A stretch of 63,835 bases of DNA, the filler included, from Lama guanicoe (taxonomy: Eukaryota), in assembly GCA_013239625.1 (NCBI GenBank). It is 101 parts of 101 records of this genome, joined end to end, with 100 filler letters (N's around TTAATTAATTAA, not from the genome) between each part and the next. Parts side by side here need not be neighbours in the genome. Positions count along the whole stretch, not along the records: positions 61,191 to 61,912 come from PNXV01027283.1; positions 62,013 to 62,556 come from PNXV01027284.1; positions 62,657 to 63,512 come from PNXV01027285.1; positions 63,613 to 63,835 come from PNXV01027292.1; 97 more parts are not named here. One strand, given 5' to 3'. This document shows positions 61,191-63,835 of the stretch, piece after piece. The notes beneath the pieces were generated by a model. That model saw nothing but the letters and a program-made list of their open reading frames with translations, had not been told where the DNA came from and made no database searches. Each line of letters opens with the position of its first letter. Positions within the stretch are counted from its first letter, which is position 1. The position numbers and the translations under genes were made by a program.

Positions 61191-61912
61191 ACTTTGTTGA
61201 TTTGAATCATACAGCTGCTGGTAGGTCTATTGAGATTCCTCCTCCTTTAGACGCTGTGTACTTCCTGAATTCGCATAGATGATTATTTCTTGGCTTTCAG
61301 CAAGTTTCAGTCAGATTTTTCTACAGATAAATTTTCAGATATTTTTTGTTTCTTTATCTCTTGCTTTTCCATCTGGGACTATTATAAATTCTAGTCATTC
61401 ATTCCCTGTCTTAACCCAGGATTCAACAGCAATGTTTTCATTGGTTTGCACTTGCTTTCCTTTGTCTGCTTCTGACCGAGGGATTTCTGTTCCCTGTCTT
61501 CACAGTCATTTACGATTAACTCTGCATTATGTAGTCTTCTAAGGACTGAATTTTATCCCTGATAATATCACATCCATTGAGTTTTCTGATATTTTTTGGC
61601 TCGCCTTTAGACTTTCTCTTCCCCTTTTCTGGTGTTCTGCCTTTCGTGATTCTGAGACACTGTTGTTCTTCTGTATTTTCCTGACCACCATTTTCAACAC
61701 TTGGTCTGGATAGCGTTTTGCAGTCTAGTTGTTTGAAAGCTTATCTTTTGGGCCTTCAATATCTTTGGAACTGACAATGGTACTTCCTGTTTCTTTTACT
61801 GTACTTCTTCACCTCTACTGGTCAAGTAATATCAGATATCTAATGTAGAATTCTAGGGCTTTTTTAAATGAAAATTTTAGACTCTTGGCTCTACGCAATT
61901 CCATGGGATTTC
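61191..61912 (-). repeat. Amplified decayed L1 ORF1-derived repeat (family D, copy 5; longest ORF1 homology)
   Basis: Minus-strand frames give RRLHNAELIVNDCEDR, KQVQTNENIAVESW, FIIVPDGKARDK and IQEVHSV*RRRNLNRPT, colinear with L1 ORF1. Confidence 0.85.
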
Positions 61913-62939
61913 NNNNNNNNNNNNNNNNNNNNNNNNNNNNNNNNNNNNNNNNNNNNTTAATTAATTAANNNNNNNNNNNNNNNNNNNNNNNNNNNNNNNN
62001 NNNNNNNNNNNNTTTGATGTCATCTCAAATCCTACTAAAATGGAACATCATCATGGTCCAATAGGAGACAATGGTCAGCGCGCCCGCTCCTCAGACTACA
62101 TGATTGATAGATGTAAATTGAAGCAATGTAGGAGATAGTAACTTTTTAGATTTTCAAAGAATAATTTATGGCTACTTGTAGAATATTCTACATCTGTATG
62201 TGGGACAAACAGTGTTCTCTGAAGCGGCATTGCCCCTTGGTGGCCATAGAGAGAAGTTCCATTGAAACGTCATCCACAGCTTCTTAAAAATTCATGTTCA
62301 TCAACCATGCGTGAATCAGAGCAATGGAATAAGCGACTGAGTCTTCTTCCACCAATCATTTCCTTAGACAGAAGATTAGCCCTTGTTGAGAAATTGGTCC
62401 TCAGGCAGAATCACTGCATAGGGCCATCTTTCGTCCCAAAATATCAACATCAGCTCAAAAGAGCCCTTCACACTGAAGAGAACATGAATCTAAATACTTT
62501 TTAAATAAGACAGTTTTTGTCCCTTTCTGTCAACAATTGAAATAGTTATCTTTTTANNNNNNNNNNNNNNNNNNNNNNNNNNNNNNNNNNNNNNNNNNNN
62601 TTAATTAATTAANNNNNNNNNNNNNNNNNNNNNNNNNNNNNNNNNNNNNNNNNNNNTAACAAATACCTTCCTTCTTCATTTCCAAGACAATTATTCTACC
62701 GTGTTTTAGATTTCATTCCTTCATAGGATCTGCAGCATTTAGACTAGTATAACAGTAGATATTCCCACCCTGAGTAGATATTCCCACTCATTCCATACCC
62801 AGCCAAAGCTTGTGCGTGTGTGTGTTTTCTCTTCCTATACTGGTTTTTGTTTTGTCTACTTTCCAAGTATTTGTTACCTTCAATAACCAGTTTATCCTGG
62901 ATTTAGTAGTTCATTCTTTCATGTATTAAACATTTGGTT

Positions 62940-63443
62940 ATTTTTACATTAAAAAATTAATATATAACATACATATGGAAAATACATGATTATGATCATA
63001 GAGTGACAAATTATGCAAGTGAATGTGTATCAATATAACCACCACTTCAGACAAGTAATAGAAAATTACTAGCACCCTTTCTGCCCTTTCCCAATCACCA
63101 GCCTCTTTGTTTTCCCCCAAAATAAACACCATCTTGATTTCCACCTCCATGAATTAATTTTGCCTGTTTCTGAGCTGCATATAAGTAGAACCATACAGTA
63201 TTTATTATTTTGCCTTTTTTTGTTTTTTCTCAACTTTATGGGATGTATCATCCATGGTATTGGATATAGCTGATGTTAGTTCATTTTCATCACTGTGCTG
63301 TATTCCATTGTATGGATATATTTTATATTATATATTGCTTATTATTATAAATAAAGTGTCCTTTCTGCAATTGACAGTTGGGTCAGTTGGGTTGTTTTCT
63401 AGTTTTTAGCTATTTTATATAATGCTGCTGTAAATATTCTTTT
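62940..63443 (-). mobile_element. Ancient L1 (L1ME/MD-type) 3' region
   Basis: AATTAATTTTGCCTGTTTCTGAGCTGCATATAAGTAGAACCATACAGTA, TATTCCATTGTATGGATAT, AATGCTGCTGTAAATATTC. Confidence 0.8.
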
Positions 63444-63512
63444 GTTTTGGGGTGAGTGGTAACTAGGTTTGTTTATTTATTTTAATAGAGGGACTGGGGA
63501 TTGAACCCAGGA
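63444..63512 (-). mobile_element. Camelid-type tRNA-derived SINE, 3' part
   Basis: GGTAACTAGGTTTGTTTATTTATTTTAATAGAGGGACTGGGGATTGAACCCAGGA (antisense B box plus AT-rich tail). Confidence 0.85.
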
Positions 63513-63645
63513 NNNNNNNNNNNNNNNNNNNNNNNNNNNNNNNNNNNNNNNNNNNNTTAATTAATTAANNNNNNNNNNNNNNNNNNNNNNNNNNNNNNNN
63601 NNNNNNNNNNNNTGTGGAGAGATGCGAAGTCCTATGTTGGCCCCA

Positions 63646-63788
63646 CGTTTCTTCTTTTTCCTTTTTTTTTCTTTTTCCGTCTTTTGTTTTTCCTTTCCTC
63701 TTCTCTTCTATTCTTTTCTTTTCTTTCCTTTTCTTTTCTTCTCTTTCCTTTTCTTTTTCCTTTTAGTATTTTCTTTTTTCCTTTCCTC

Positions 63789-63835
<47 letters not shown>
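63646..63835. repeat. Pyrimidine-rich low-complexity tract ending in poly(T)39
   Basis: Direct reading. Confidence 0.9.

Noticed and set aside
63797..63835. Terminal poly(T) as a retrogene tail or terminator
   Set aside because: Embedded in a pyrimidine low-complexity tract at the contig end; no associated element is visible.

Overview
This window is not contiguous DNA. It is an artificial concatenation of about 101 short mammalian contigs (about 200-950 bp each), joined by about 100 identical 100-bp spacers (N44-TTAATTAATTAA-N44, with stop codons in all six frames). The tRNA-Ala-like SINE and the L1 3' ends point to a camelid (alpaca, llama or camel); this is recognition from memory, not a search result. 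About 40% of the fragments are satellite DNA: a GC-rich 267-bp family (14 contigs plus 3 highly diverged relatives), a 249-bp family (10 contigs plus 1 diverged relative), and an AT-rich AGAATAT-heptamer satellite with 63/125/313-bp higher-order units (12 contigs). The rest is L1, L2, MIR, Tigger1, MER, ERV/MaLR fragments, orphan CpG islands and unique sequence. I could recognise only two host-gene pieces: ASAH1 coding exon 1 with its promoter, and a mutated, intron-retaining copy of the last COL9A1 exon. The most notable signals are: (i) a decayed L1 5'UTR/ORF1 segment present in five independent contigs with shared lesions, implying amplification after inactivation; (ii) old, diverged layers of both major satellites; (iii) a ~415-bp tandem repeat I do not recognise; (iv) the COL9A1 pseudo-exon; (v) a duplicated segment carrying a decayed SINE. 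No CRISPR array, prokaryotic system or complete gene is supported, and almost all ORF-track entries are spurious.
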